The notes: a model not told the origin generated them from the letters alone. Positions 1 to 13,721 are shown, counted from the whole stretch's first letter. The stretch is DNA of 60,537 bases, filler included, from Basidiobolus meristosporus CBS 931.73 (GCA_002104905.1; 3 parts of 3 records of this genome joined end to end with filler, not necessarily neighbours in it), one strand, 5' to 3'. Numbers and translations are program-made.

Positions 1-2512
1 TTGCTTCTGGATAAGTATTCCTACAATGTCCACATATGGCTCCCAATGATCCCAATGTACTCTTGGTAGGAATGGCTTCAGAATGCATTTGAATAAATGC
101 ATATCCAGTTCATCCAGTCTTTGCATTTGTATTGTTGCATATGTGTATGAATACCAATTAGAGCCTGTGAGAAGTACTTAGGGTAGCAGATGCTCTGTAA
201 TATCTTGCCAATTCTTTCAAATTTCTCTGGTATTTTGAAGGGCTTATATAGCTTGAAATGCCCCATGTACATCATGGTCATCAGTATAGGGATGTTGTTG
301 AAAAGCAAATGCATTGCTCCCAGTGGAAAGCTTTTGCTCCAACAGATACCCTCTATCTTAAGTATCTCCAGTTTCCAATTGATTCCATATTGTGGCCAAT
401 GACTTATAGCTTACCAACTTTGCAGCAATTGCATGCTTACTTCTGTATGTTCTCTCTGTGGAATGATGATGTTATTAGTGCTTGTGCTTAGATAATAATA
501 ATGTGTGTGAGTAATGCAGTAAATCCCCTTAATCTTGTACATTTGACAGCAATACCGTCCATTATGCCCAGAAAAACCTCTATCTTGCTGATGGCTGGGG
601 TATCTCCAATGCAGATAATAATATGGGCTTTTACATGCTGGCACTTACTGTTATCCTGCTGAAAGCATACAAAATTCTTCCAGCAATGGATACAGGTAGT
701 TGTCCAGGCTGGATGGCAATATAGGCCCATATACAGGTGACACTACCATCAGATTATTGCTCTGATACTGTAAGATTGGTGGCAGATTAAGATCGATGAG
801 AATCAGTAGCTAGCTGGATGTGCTGGTAGAGTACTTTTTAATGAGAAGCCATCAAGTGCTAAAGCAAAGGTGTGATCATACATACTTTCAAGGTAGCCCT
901 TGCTTCTTAGCTGTTTGTAATGTTTGCCATCAAATATATCAGATACATTTGCACTTGATTGATACTGAGTGTGGTACTGTATAGCTTTGCAATACTTATT
1001 GGACTGCATCAGCTTCCTCAGAAGGGGTATGACTGGTATATATCCAAAGTGTGTTTTAAGTATCTCAGGTTTCCAATTGATTCCATATTCCAACCAATGG
1101 CTAATAGCATGCCAACTTTTCTACAATTGAATGCTAACTTCTGCACATTCTCTCTGTTGGAAGATGATGTTCTAAGTGTTGGTGTTTAGGTAGTAATAAT
1201 GTGTATGAAATATGGAGTAAGTCCCCTTGATCTCATACATTCAACAGCAATACTTTCCATTTTGCCCAGAAAAGCGGGCTATCTTGCTGATGGCTGGGGT
1301 ATCACCAATGCAGATACTATTATGCTCTTTGACATGACTGCCAATTACTGTTATCCTGCTGGAAAGCATATAAAATTATCCAGGTGGACTCAGGTAGCTA
1401 TCCAGGTTGGATGGTAATATAGGCCCAGATACCAGTGAGAATACCTTCAATCTTAACTCTGATACTGTTTGATAGGTGGCAGATTCAGGTTGATGAGAAT
1501 CAGTGGCTAGCAGGATTTGCTGGTAGAGTACTTGTTTACAGAGATTCCATCAAGTGCTAAGGCAAAGGAATGGTCATACATACCTTCAAAGTTGCCCTTG
1601 CTTCTTGGCTGGTTGTAATGTTTGCCATCAAATATATTGAATGTGTTTGTGCTTGATTGGTACTGAGTGTGGTACTGTATAGCTTTGCAATATTTGTTGG
1701 ACTGCATCAGCTTCCTCAGACAGGGTATGACCAAAATATATTTGGAGGGCAAACAATGTTTTCTGTCAATGGTGAAAAATTCCTGACAATTTGGATACTT
1801 TGCAATGGTGGCATTTTTGGATGTGAATGCACTGCAACTGTTAACACATGCTGGAGTCAGGACAGTCTCTGGATGATATGTTGCTAGCCACATGATGGTT
1901 GTCCACTTGTACCATGTACATGATAAGTTGGATCCTGGTATGATTTTGGCAAGAATTAGTAATAATTCCACGGAGCCCCATTACAGATATTGGTGGAAAC
2001 ATGCCACTTTTCTAGCCATAACATTACATCATTCAGCAGTGAATAGATTACTGGACTCACTTGGCTCCCTAAAGTATCCTTGGCATGTGTTTCAACAGGT
2101 GTTGTCTCATTGCAAATAGGGATTTGACTGGGCTCATATGTGGTACTGTTGTTAGGGAGATAGGCTCAAAATCCATCAGTGAGCCTTCTTTGTCCAAGCT
2201 ATCACTCTGCGTGCCATATTTTTAAGGCTGAGGTGAGCCTAAAAGTGTCACAAACTCACCTATCTCAGTTTGCACTAGGTGACAAAGACAGCCAGGTGCC
2301 AATATAGAAGTATCAACTGGCTGGCAAGATAATGTTGGTACAGTAGTAACCAATGAATGTTCACATACAACTTGGGTGGCAAAACACTGGCCACAATCCT
2401 TGTAATACTTCCTATGCTATCTGCATGCTTCATGGCTGAGAGGCTGGCAACAATAGCCACATGGTCATTTTTCTCTTCTCTTACAGCATTGAGTCAACGT
2501 AGTCTTGTCCAT
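1..2512 (-). pseudogene. Decayed CACTA/EnSpm (Tnp2/Transposase_21-like) transposase, copy 1, with an internal ~700-bp tandem duplication
   Basis: Fragments DIFDGKHY..TFALALDG, KAHIIICIGDTPAISK and GHNGRYCCQM, with many stops and frameshifts. 358-1020 is repeated at 1058-1720. Start ATG at 2512 by comparison with other copies. Confidence 0.8.
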
Positions 2513-3678
2513 GGGGCCAACAGTTTGACATTCAACAATGAAACACTATTATATCACTTTTAGTCAATACTCATGAGAACTTAAGACAGTCTTGTATTTG
2601 AGACATTGCACCTACATGAATGTAAGATTCAATGATGACCTGCCATAGTAAGCAGTATAAATAAAGTTGTGGCACCACATACACACATATATGTAACACC
2701 ATTTCCCCTTTGGTTTAACTTACTTCCATTTATATGCCGCCAAAAAATAAAGCAAAGTTGTCTGATTCTCAACCAAACCCCACTGCTGATGGCAACAGAA
2801 TAATGGTTGGACAACAGCTTGCTTTGACATTCAGTGCAACAAGCAGGGCTACATCCAAAAAAGCCCCTGTGGACAGTGTGCCCATTGATGGTAATAATGC
2901 AGACTCCTCAGGCTCTCAGTCAAGTAGGCAATTGAGAGCCTCTGCAGAGCCACAAGCTGACTGTCATGCTCAAGCAGATGAGAGTGTAGCAAACGCAGCA
3001 CCCTCAGTTGAAGATCAGCAAGTGGCCATGATAGCATCACCACCACCCATATTAGCAAGTATGTTGCCAGCTCATACCAAAGCATTAATGAAGCAATTTG
3101 GTGCAATGGCTGATAGGATAGATGCAATGGCCCAGAGAAATCAGGAAATAGTCCAGAAACAGGATGAGCAGATAATGCATGTAGAGCAATCAATATCCCA
3201 GGCAGAGAAAGCAGTATCTTTGCTGCAAAGATGGAACCCAAGTAGCTCAATGTCACAGCCAAGAATTCAACTATTTCCTGATGTAACAGCAGAGGAATAC
3301 CATGTGGGTTATTACTGACTGTACTTTGTAAGTGGGAGAGCTGGTAGGTCAAGTCAGTACTACTTGGTTCTGAATGGCTCCCAATAAAAGATAGCTAGGT
3401 AATAAATACTTGTGTTTATTCTGCCCAAATCTTCCTGTCCTCTCACTTGGTTGAATTGGATAGATATAAATATATCACTTGGGGGGCTTAAATAATAGAC
3501 AATGTGCTATAAAATAGGGGTGTGAACACCTTCCTGTTATGCTTAGTGTTCCAACTAGATAAGGGCAGGGACAGGAGGGAGGATGCGGGGGGGATCATAG
3601 GGAGAATGCTGTGTACTTTGGGTAGGACTGTAGGGAGAACTCTTGAGCAAAGAGTGGGTACTACATTTAGTACTCTCA

Positions 3679-5723
3679 TATGCCAGGGGTTCAGAGGGAG
3701 CTTTGTCCTTGAAGCTCTTTGACTAACTTGCTTCTCCAGGGTTGATTTTGTTTATGGAGCATGGGGAGTCACCATAGTACCATTGCTTGTTGTCACTTGT
3801 GAGGGGGTTGCAGGCAAGTGCCTGATACCATTTAGCAGCAGAGTGGGGCGTTGCTTGCGTTGCTTAAGGGATATTTTCCACAGAGCCAAACAGTTGGCAA
3901 ACCATAGGGCTCTGGGAAAGTTCCTTGAGAGGGTTGGAAAACAAGAAGAGATGCAATAACACAATAAAGTTGTGCTTCTTTATCTTGCAAACATTATTGG
4001 GGCTTGTCCTTTTTGTGTTCAATATGCTGGTAGGGGACCTTCTGAAGACGGTGTACACTTGGTTGGCAGTCACCTGTTGTTGATAACAAGTTTTTGCTTC
4101 TTCCAAGATGTCTGGTAGCTTTTCTGTAGAAACTGTGGCACGATTGAGGCACTTTTGTGCTTGCCTCATGGTTTCTATAGAGTCTGCAGCAGCTTCTCTG
4201 GCTTCTTGAAGTTGAACTTTGTACTGGTTCCTGAGTTGTTATATGGTAAACCACTGTAATAGTTGTAACACAGCAACTTGGTGGATTGCATGGGTTAACT
4301 GGCAAGTGTACTTAATACGGATGCGTATCTTCTCTAGGATGGGTCCTTCTTGGAAATGAGGTTTGAGATGCTTGCAAATTTCTTAGAGGAGTTCTTCAAT
4401 TGGGAGTTCTACTTCTGGTGCTCTTGCGGCTTGTACAAGGTCTGAGTATACCTTAATAACCATGGTACCTATTAATGTCAAGTATGCAATGAAACAGGGA
4501 GGCTCTTGAGGTCTTGTGAGGGTGCAACAGTTGATTACTTGCATCTTCTGTTTGATTGTGTCCAGTATGGATACAGGAATCAGTGTGGCCTTGTGGTAGG
4601 GTAAACATACCTCCCACAGACAAGTTTATTCATATTGCCATTATGATATACTTACCCATATTTTATCTTAACAGTATTATCCCATTCTTCTCTTACCCAT
4701 ATTATCAGTATTATCTCCATATAATGTTTACCTTGATTAATTATTAGAATTGGTTATCCCAAATGTTATTCAGCTTTGTGATCAGTATATGTATCCACAT
4801 AGGCAAGTACTTGTGTCAGTACCCATGACACATGACCTAGGTGTGTGTAACCATCCCTACCATTTCAATACCATATATGGTATTTCTATGTTGCACAGGT
4901 TGCAGACTACTGATTCCTGATTGGTTGGATGTGCTGTTCCTTTCAGAACCTTCCAGGACATTCTTGGCATATTTTTAGCTCATAGTGATGTCATCAAGAA
5001 CTCCACTGATGCCTAGAATCTTCTAGAACCTTGTCATTAGTGATCACTTGGCAATCAGGAAAAGTATTTAAGGGAAAGCAATCCCTCATCAATAAATCAA
5101 CCCTTCTATCAGTAACACTTTTACCTTATTGATTAGCAGTTAATCACTGCACCTGCCTTCAACAGTACATCTCAGACCTCCCATCAAGGAGCTTTTCAGG
5201 GTAGTGCACAAGACACAAAGAGGCCTTTGGAGACACTTGGAGCACCTAGGAAGCTAGAGAAGCAGGAGCTTTTACCATAGTGACATATTGACAAAGACAC
5301 CAGCAGTTTAGACACAGAGGTTATTGCACCCATCAGACACCTCACACACCTTGAGTTGTGTAGCTTCTCCCAGGAGTACCTCTACACCACCACAGCATCC
5401 TTCTCATTAATGATCAAGGAACCGCCTCTTAGCTGGTACATGGTCTTCTTGGGTAGTGTCTCCATACTTTGTATTGGAGTGGGTAAGTTATCTTGTCCCT
5501 CTCTGATTGTGTCTTGTATCAACATGACTGCTCTGGCAGATGACTCTTCATAGGTGGCTCTTGTTGCACTCAATGTGTGTATCATATATCTCAACACTTG
5601 CAGGTTGATCTTGCTTTTGATATCATCTTGATTCTTGCTGGTGGGAGGAGTATCACCCGTTTTGGGTGAACTGTTTCCTTTGGCACTTTCTAAATGCATT
5701 CTTTTATTCTCCCCTTTGGGCAA
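3679..5723 (-). pseudogene. Extra ORF (~400 aa, unknown function) of gypsy family E, split by solo LTR C
   Basis: Removing 4592-5394 and one TSD restores the frame: ..INEKDA|TLIPVSILDT..EPPCFIAYL..TANQVY..FLFSNP. Homologous to 24158-24535 and 25801-26094. Confidence 0.65.
4592..5394 (+). mobile_element. Solo LTR, family C (803 bp)
   Basis: TGTGGTAG..CACCACCACA with 4-bp flanks GCCT/GCAT. Homologous to 27837-28535 and 44499-45286, and related to LTR B. Confidence 0.85.
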
Positions 5724-6219
5724 ACTTTCTTGTGCATATCATCTGTACCTATATCAACTAAAATCTCCTCTAATAAACCTTCTATGAATCCTGTTCTGAA
5801 TAGACACATGGCAGGAGAGTAGAGCTAGGCAAGGCAGGAACAGGAAAGGACTTAGGTGTGGATCAACAAGGCAAGGCGGATTTCCAAGGCAAGGCTGTTT
5901 ATTCAAGACCTGTGTTTATCAGACTGAGGAATACTTAAGGGGGGATAGGACTATATATACTTTTTGGCTATACTGATGCCAAGAGATATTAGCTAATACT
6001 AATGGGGTTGTGGGGTGAGACACAACAGCAGTGCTGGGGATAATAATATAGAAGGCAAGGCACTGAGACAGGATGGGGAAATGGATTGGGTCATCCAATC
6101 ATGTGACTAAGTCATGTGACCCAGTATTTCCATATATGGTACTGGATTGTGAAAAAAACAATGGGAAGCTTCCATGGAATGTTCCATTGTGTAACAATGG
6201 TTTGGAATGGTCAGGAACT

Positions 6220-9200
6220 ATCTGTTTAACTTCAAATTCTTGATGTTGGTCAACCTGGATGGCTTGGGGCTTTGCTTCTTGCCGGTTTGGCAAGGTGTTC
6301 CTACAATATGGCTCCAGGAGGGACACATGGAAAATATCATGTATTTTAGTACTTGCTGGCAACCGTAGCTGATATAATATAGGGCTAAGCTTCTTCTTGA
6401 TCTTGAAGGGACCAAGTTTCTTGAAATCCAACTTGTCACAAGGGTGGTAGGTGCTGACGTTTCTTCTGAGCAACCATACAGAATCTCCTTCATTAAGATC
6501 AGGACTGGGATGCTGTTTTAGATTGGCAAATTTCTTGTAGCTTTCCTGAGCTAAAGATGGTTCTTTGTTGAGGGTATTCTGGATGCTCTGGATTGCTTGG
6601 GCATGTTCAGCTGCATGTGGGCTCATTGGGTTTGTTGGGATCTGGATATCAAACTGAGGGTGGGATCCATAGTTTGCATAGAATTATGTAAAGCCGGTTT
6701 CACTATGGCTTGAGTTATTGTAGGCAAACTCAGCAACAGGAAGTAGATCAACCCAATTGTCTTGCTGGTAATTGATATAGCACCAGAGGTATTGCTTTAG
6801 AATCTGGTTGATTCTTTCAGTCTGGCCATCAGACTATGGATGGAAGGCAGTAGAGAGCTTGACTTGAACACCAAGGTATTGCATGAAGTGTTTCCAAAAC
6901 TTGGACACAAACTGTGGGCCTCTATCTGACACAATATCACTAGGGATGCCATGAAGGCGGAAAATATTCTTCAGGACTAATGCAGCAGTTTCTTTTGCAT
7001 CAGTGTTCTTACTGCAAGGGATAGAGTGGGCCATCTTCGTCAGCTGTTCAGCCACTACAAGCATTGCATTGAAGCCACAGGACTCAGGGAGATCAGTAAT
7101 GAAGTCCATAGATATAGATCTCCATTAGTGTTCTGGGATAGGCAAGGGCTGGAGAAGTCCATAGGGCTGGTGTCTGGCTGGCTTTACATGGTTGCAAGTA
7201 TCACAAGTCAGAATGTACTCTTTGATAAGAGTTATCATTCTAGGCCACCAGAAGTCTCTTTTGATAGCATTCAAGGTTTTGGCAGTACCAAAGTGGCCTG
7301 CAGCCATTGAATTGTGCCAAGACTTAATGATGTACAGCTGGGTGGCAAGGTCTGGGACATAGAGCTTCTGCTTGCGGTAGATGAGGTTGTTTACCAAATG
7401 CAGGTTCTGGATGTTTGGGAACTTGGGAGGGGGCCCAACTGGGGATCCCAGATATTTCTTGATGGTCCTGGAAATTGTATCAGAGGCTTGGGATTCTGAT
7501 ATCATTACTAGGAATGAAGGGATGACAAGACTTGAGGACTGGGTGGCAAAAATCTCAAAATGTTTCTTGCTCAACAATGGGTGTTCCATTTGCCAACAGG
7601 AATCATATCCCTCTTCCAGGGCATATTCCTTTTTTCTAGACAGGGCATCAGACTTTCCTTGCTTTGCACCAGGTCTATAGGTGGTAGTAAAGTCACAGCT
7701 GGACAGGAAATTGACCATCTGGCTTGTCTCCGGTTAAGTACCTTAGAAGTTGCAAAGTACTTGAGGTTCTTATGGTCATAGAAGACTTTGATTTTGTGTT
7801 TTGCACCATCCAGGTAGTGTCTCCATTGCTCAAAGGCTACAATGATGGCAAGCAACTCCTTATCATAGATATCATAGTTGATCTCTGCAGGGGAAAACTT
7901 CCCAGAGTAGAATGCAATGGGGTGCAACACACTGTCTTCATCATACTGGGAGAGTATGGCACCAAGGGCAAAATCAGAAGCATCAGTCTCCACTATGAAT
8001 TGCTTCTCAAGGTCAGGGTGGGCAAGCAGGGGGGCCTTCAGGAAAGATTTCTTGAGTTTGTTGAATGAGGTGGATGGCTCCTCATTCCAGGCAAAAGGTG
8101 CGTTCTTTTGGGTAAGATTTGTCGGAGGGGTGACTATCTTGGAGTAGTTGGCTATGAACCTGCAATAGTAGTTGGCAAATCCCACAAAGGATTGCACTTC
8201 CTTGACTGAGCTTGGAGTTTTCCAAGATTTGACTGAGTCAACTTTCTTTGGGTCCATTCTTGTTCCCTCAGGGCTGATGAGGTAACCAAGAAATTCCACT
8301 TCTCTCTGGTCAAATTCACACTTCTCTAGCTTGGCATAGAGACCAGCAAAGTCTAGATTTCTCAATACTTTCTTGACAAGTTCATCATGATCATCTTGGC
8401 TCTTGAAGTATATGAGGGTATCATCAAGGTAGATTACCACAAACTGGTCAAGGTACTCACGGAATATGTAGGTCATGAGGTGTTGAAACACAGCAGGGGC
8501 ATTAGTGAGGCCAAATGGCATTACTTGGCGCTCAAATTGACCATATCTTGTGCAAAAGGCAGTTTTCCATTCATCACCAGATTTGATTCTGACCAGATTG
8601 TAAGCTCATCCTCAAGGTCAATACGGCAGTCATAAGGCCAATGGTCAGGGAGGAGTTCTGCTTTCTTCTTGGCAAAGACATAGGTAAACTCTTGGTACTT
8701 GACTGGTATAGTTGCTGAGGGGCTCCTTCAGCTGGCAATGTATCTTAGGCTGTTGAACTGTTGGCAACAGTCTTTTCATGGTTATCAGGGTCTGGAGATT
8801 TCATGGAGTTGACTTGGTGGGATCTGGGGAATGACAGGATCTTGGATTTCCAATCAATAGTTGGATTGTGGTAGCTCAGCTATGAGCTTCCAACCACAAT
8901 ATGATAGTATGGTGAGTTGATGATGTTGAAGGCAATTCTTTCTTGGTGAGCAGTACTGGACAGCTGGAGTAAGCATGTTTTATGGGTAACAGCACCAGAG
9001 GAGAGTGATCTTCCTTCAATAACTTCTACTTGGACTGGACAGGATTTCAAGGTAACAGGAATAGAGTGCTTCTGGACAAAGGCTTGGTCAATGAAACAAG
9101 ATGAAGCACCAGAATCAATCAGGGCTAGGAATGGGACAGAACTGGAGTCAGGGATAAGGATTTTGACAGGCATTCTCAAGGACTGGATAGATTTTGTGGC

Positions 9201-9251
9201 AAAGGAAGATTCTTGGATATGCTGGATTTTCATGGGTGGGTCCAGTTGCAA
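6220..9251 (-). pseudogene. pol of element A: protease, RT, RNase H, integrase, truncated chromodomain
   Basis: ALIDSGASSCFID; MPFGLTNAPAVFQ..YLDD; ETDASDFALGAILSQ; MDFITDLP..IVSDRGPQF; GPFKI..HDIFHVSLL..QEFEVKQI fused directly to the LTR. Confidence 0.92.
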
Positions 9252-9256
9252 GCCTG

Positions 9257-10187
9257 TCAGTGCAACTGGACATTGGAGTTTCCCAACAGATCTGAATCAG
9301 GTTGGTTACTGGAAGACTGCATCAGCTTGAAGCTGGACTTCTTGTTGGGGCAGGACTTGGTAAAGTGACCTGGTTGGCTGCAGTATACACAGAGGTTGGC
9401 TTGTTGATGTCTGGACTTTTCACTCTCTGATAGTTTCTTGTATTTAGCATTATCAATCTGCATAGGATTTTCTGGAGTGACTTAGGGAGCAGGAGGGGCT
9501 GGGACTGCAACAGGAATGTGTCTTTGATGGTTCTTTTGCTTCTTCTGGAATAGTCTGTTATCACACCGGATTGTTTGGTGCATAGCTTCAACCAATGTAT
9601 CTGGATCTGGGAGTGTGAGTAGCAGATCAAAAACTTCATCATTGAGGCCATCCTGGAATTGGCTAATTAAGGCTGCTTGACCCCAGGAGCTGAGGTCATT
9701 GGAGAGTTGTTGGAATTCTGAGGCATAGACTGATGCTGGTTTGTTCCCTTGCTTAAGGGTCTTCATCTTGTTGACAGCAGTTCTGGCTTGGTCAAGATTA
9801 CCAAATGTTAGCTCCATTTCAGTGAGAAAAGCTTGGTAGTCTCTGCAGAGGGGAGAGTTGGTCTCCACTAATGGGGAGAACACTTGAGAGCTGTACCAGT
9901 AAGCAGGTGGAGATGAAACCAACTTTGACCTGGGCAGTGGGGTACCAGTTGCGCTGGAGTGCAAGATTGTTCTTCACCATGTTGATGAAGCCATGGAATT
10001 CACTGTGAGAGCCATTGAACTTGGTAGCAGGAGTATACTTGGGTTCTTGGTAGACTGGGACATGGCTAGTTTGCTAGACACTTTGGTTATGGAACTGAGC
10101 AAGAGTGTTTCTGAGGTCTGCATGGTCTTGTTGCAGTTGGATAGAGGCAGCCATGTGCTGAGCAAAGTTCAGCTCTAGGTTGGACAT
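9257..10187 (-). pseudogene. gag of element A (retrotrans_gag domain plus CCHC knuckle)
   Basis: FLTEMELTFGNLDQARTAVNKMKTLKQG..FQDGLNDE and CVYCSQPGHFTKSC; frameshifted. Confidence 0.9.
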
Positions 10188-11319
10188 GGTAGCAGAGGTA
10201 GGTGGATGAACCTGCAAGGAATACTGGAATACACTAAACTAGGTTGTGGGGTTGTAAAGCCACTAGTATGTCAAGAATACATCTATTGAGCCACAATCCC
10301 CAACTTAAATAAGTTAGCATCACTTCAGAAGGTACTGGTTTTGATGTCCTTTGATAGAGTACTGTACTAAGGCTTCCAATACTGTAACAACTGTAAACTC
10401 CACCAGCAGGGTAATAAAGTGAATGCAGCTTTGACCAATAGTTTTACAAAGATAAAGTATCTTTGCCTTTATAGGACAAGATTAGGGAAAGATGATGGTT
10501 GATACTTACAGTGAGTATACCTTTTACAAGTTTTCTTCAAACTTTGGGCAGATGGCAGGGATCCACAGGTAAGTCAGGAGAGTCTGATAAAACTGTTATG
10601 AATAGACACAAGGCAGGAGAGTAGAGCTAGACAAGGCAGGAACAGGAAAGGACTTAGGTGTGGATCAACAAGGCAAGGCGGATTTCCAAGGCAAGGCTGT
10701 TTATTCAAGACCTGTGTTTATCAGACTGAGGAATACTTAAGGGGGGATAGGACTATATATACTTTTTGGCTACACTGATGCCAAGAGATATTAGCTAATA
10801 CTAATGGGGTTGTGGGGTGAGACACAACAGCAGTGCTGGGGATAATAATATAGAAGGCAAGGCACTGAGACAGGATGGGGAAATGGATTGGGTTATCCAA
10901 TCATGTGACTAAGTCATGTGACCCAGTATTTCCATATATGGTACTGGACTATGAAAAAAACAATGGGAAGCTTCCATGGAATATTCCATTGTGTAAAAAT
11001 GGTTTGGAATGGTCAGGAACTTTCTGGAAGGTGGTAGAAGGTTCCAGAAGGAATCTTTTAGAAATTGAGCTAGGAAGCTGAAACTTGACAAGGGTATTCT
11101 TGGTTATCATGTGATCATGACAAATCCCATGTCTTCCTCTGTTCTTGTCCTGATAATTGTTTAATCACACTTTGGTTCCAGTTATGATTGGTGGATCATC
11201 ATGAAACAGTTTCAGATGGGCTGGTGCTATATTGCTGATTGTCTTATTGTTCAGGGTAAAGGTGCACTTTGGCCCGTGGTCCAAACTAATAATGGTGCAA
11301 GTGCCAATCCATTAGGGTG

Positions 11320-13721
11320 CAGATTGCCATCAAAGACCAAGAGAGAACTAGCTGGAGTCTGATCAAGGAATATCTAAGGACACTTAAGAAACCTAGTTGG
11401 ATGGAAATACAGGAAATTAGAAAACTCAGGAAGAAGATTCACCACTGGTATCTCAAAGATGACTTTCTCTTTAAGCAAGTGAAGCCTGGACTTATGCCAA
11501 GAAGAGTAGTCACTACCCCTCAAGAGCAACTAAACATCATGACAAGTATCTACCAAGGAGAACCAGGAGGACATAGAGGACCAGAAGCACCTACAATACC
11601 ACAGCTCAGAGGTACTACTTGGAAAACATGTACTATGATATCCAACACCTTGTTGAGTCATGTGTAGCCTGCCAGAAGAGATCCTCCAAGTATTATGAAG
11701 AACCACTGCATCCTACTTACACAATCTGTTTATGGCAAAAGGTTGGCATTGACCTTGTCCACATGCCAACAGCTGGATCAAAAAGTACCTGATTGTTGCT
11801 AAAGATGACCTTAGTGGGTGGGCAGAGGCTCAAGCCTTGCCCAACAACAAGAGCCACACCATATGGAGAATTATACTTGAAGACATCTTCTGCAGATTTG
11901 GCTGCATCCAACCGTTTGTTGCTGACAGAGGAGAGATGACATCCCAAATGATCCAGGAGTTGTGCTCAAAGTACAAGATACACATTGCTTTTACAACAGC
12001 TTAGCACCCTCAAGCCAATGGATTGATAGAGAGAGGACATGGACCATTGGTGAGCTCCCTTGTCAAGACCTGTGAGAATAAACAACACTGTGGCCACAGC
12101 AATTACATCTTGCACTCTGGGCAGATAGAATTACTACCAAGAGAACAACTGGACTATTGCCATTCAGGCTACTTTATGGACATGACTGCATACTACCAGT
12201 TGAGTGAAACACAGTCACTTGGAGCTCATTGAATTGGAGGTCCAATATGCAGACTGAAGACCTCCTTGCTACTTGCATACAGCAACTTGATCACCATGAC
12301 CTGAATATTAGCAGAGCTGCTGAACAACTTAAGGATACACAACTGAAGAACAAGGTGCCCTTTGACAAATTGCACCCAACAAGACCAAATCCATTATCAC
12401 TAGGAGACCCAGTATTACTCTATGATTCCACCTTGGACAAACAATGGAGTCAGAAGTTTGACAACAAATGGACTGGCCCCTACCTCATTTCCAAAGTGGT
12501 TGGAAATGAAAGTTATTACATGCCCAAGCTTGACAACACCCAGTTGAGAGCACCAGTTACTGGAAACCAACTTAAGTTATTCAAGCATAGGAATTTTGCA
12601 CATCAGGATTAGTTTGCTTTGACCCAAGTTCAAAGCTGAGAAGGGGGTGGACATAGTGGGGTGACAGTGACAACCACTGACAGATGTGCTCATTCCCTTA
12701 TTTTCTACTTCCCTATATCTCTACTACACTTACTTTAGTTTTATCCCATTTATCTTCCCCAATCAGTACTATCCCATAAGCCAGTTGACTATCACACCTG
12801 CTTACTTTATTGCATAAGTTACCCCTCACTTTATGTAAGATTACTAGCTATAAATGCTTCTATATTAGACAAGTACTTGCGCCAGTACCCATGACATATG
12901 ATCAACCTGTGTCACCATCCCTACCATTTCCATACCATATATGGTGTTCCTATGTTACACAGGTTTTGGAATACTGATTACTGATTGGTTGGATGTGCTG
13001 TGCCTCTTAGAACCTTCCGGCACCTACTTAGAACACTCTTAGGTCATTCTGATGTCATTAAGATTTCTATTGATATTTGGAACCTTCTGGAACACCATGG
13101 TTAGTAATCACCTAGCCAGTAAGAAAAGTATATAAGGGAAGCTATCCCTCAGCAATCAATCATCATCCCTTTTATCAATATACCAATTTGTTGATTAGTG
13201 TGATCACTGTTACCTGCTGCTACCTGAACTTCCAACCCCAGACCACAGGACACCCCCAGGAAACCACGCTGACAGCCAACTGACCTTGAAGGCACTACTT
13301 GTGAGGAATACTTAGAGTAGGTATCTTTTATTATATTTGATTCTTTCCCAAGTTTGCTCTTGTACAGGCAAAGATACTTTTCTGTCTTTGTAACTATTGA
13401 CCACAGCTGCATTCTTATCAAGTCCCTGCTGGTGGAGTTTACAGTTGTTTTGACTTTGGAAACTGTAGTACATTGTCATCTCAAAGGATGCTGAACCCAG
13501 CATATACTTTTGTTAAGACACCAACTAAGTTGGGGATTGTAGCTCAATAGTTTTCCCTTGACAAGCTTGTGGCTTTATTCCCCTTCACATTAGATTAGAG
13601 ACAGAACCCAAGTATTCCTAGCAACCTTTTGCCAGAGGTTATTGCACCCAGTGAACACCCACACACAAAACACTTGAGAAGTGTTAGACATATCTCTCCC
13701 TTGGACCTATACACCACCACA
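11320..13721 (+). mobile_element. Ty3/gypsy family B, copy B1 (integrase 3' half, PPT, 1070-bp 3' LTR 12652-13721)
   Basis: Integrase fragments (ERGHGPLV, KWTGPY), purine tract GAGAAGGGGGTGGA, then an LTR ending CACCACCACA. Inserted into the protease of E1; 5' part deleted. Confidence 0.9.

Larger units (their letters stand above)
5792..11122 (-). mobile_element. Ty3/gypsy chromovirus-like element A (Tf/sushi-type), decayed
   Basis: LTRs 5792-~6219 (truncated) and 10594-11122 differ at 9 of ~428 shared bp. TGTTATGA..TCATGACA termini and a perfect 5-bp TSD AATCC (5787-5791, 11123-11127). Confidence 0.95.

Noticed and set aside
10581-10593. tRNA-Met PBS for element A (TTTTATCAGACT versus TGGTATCAGAGC)
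   Set aside because: Only 8/12 match and it lacks the TGG.
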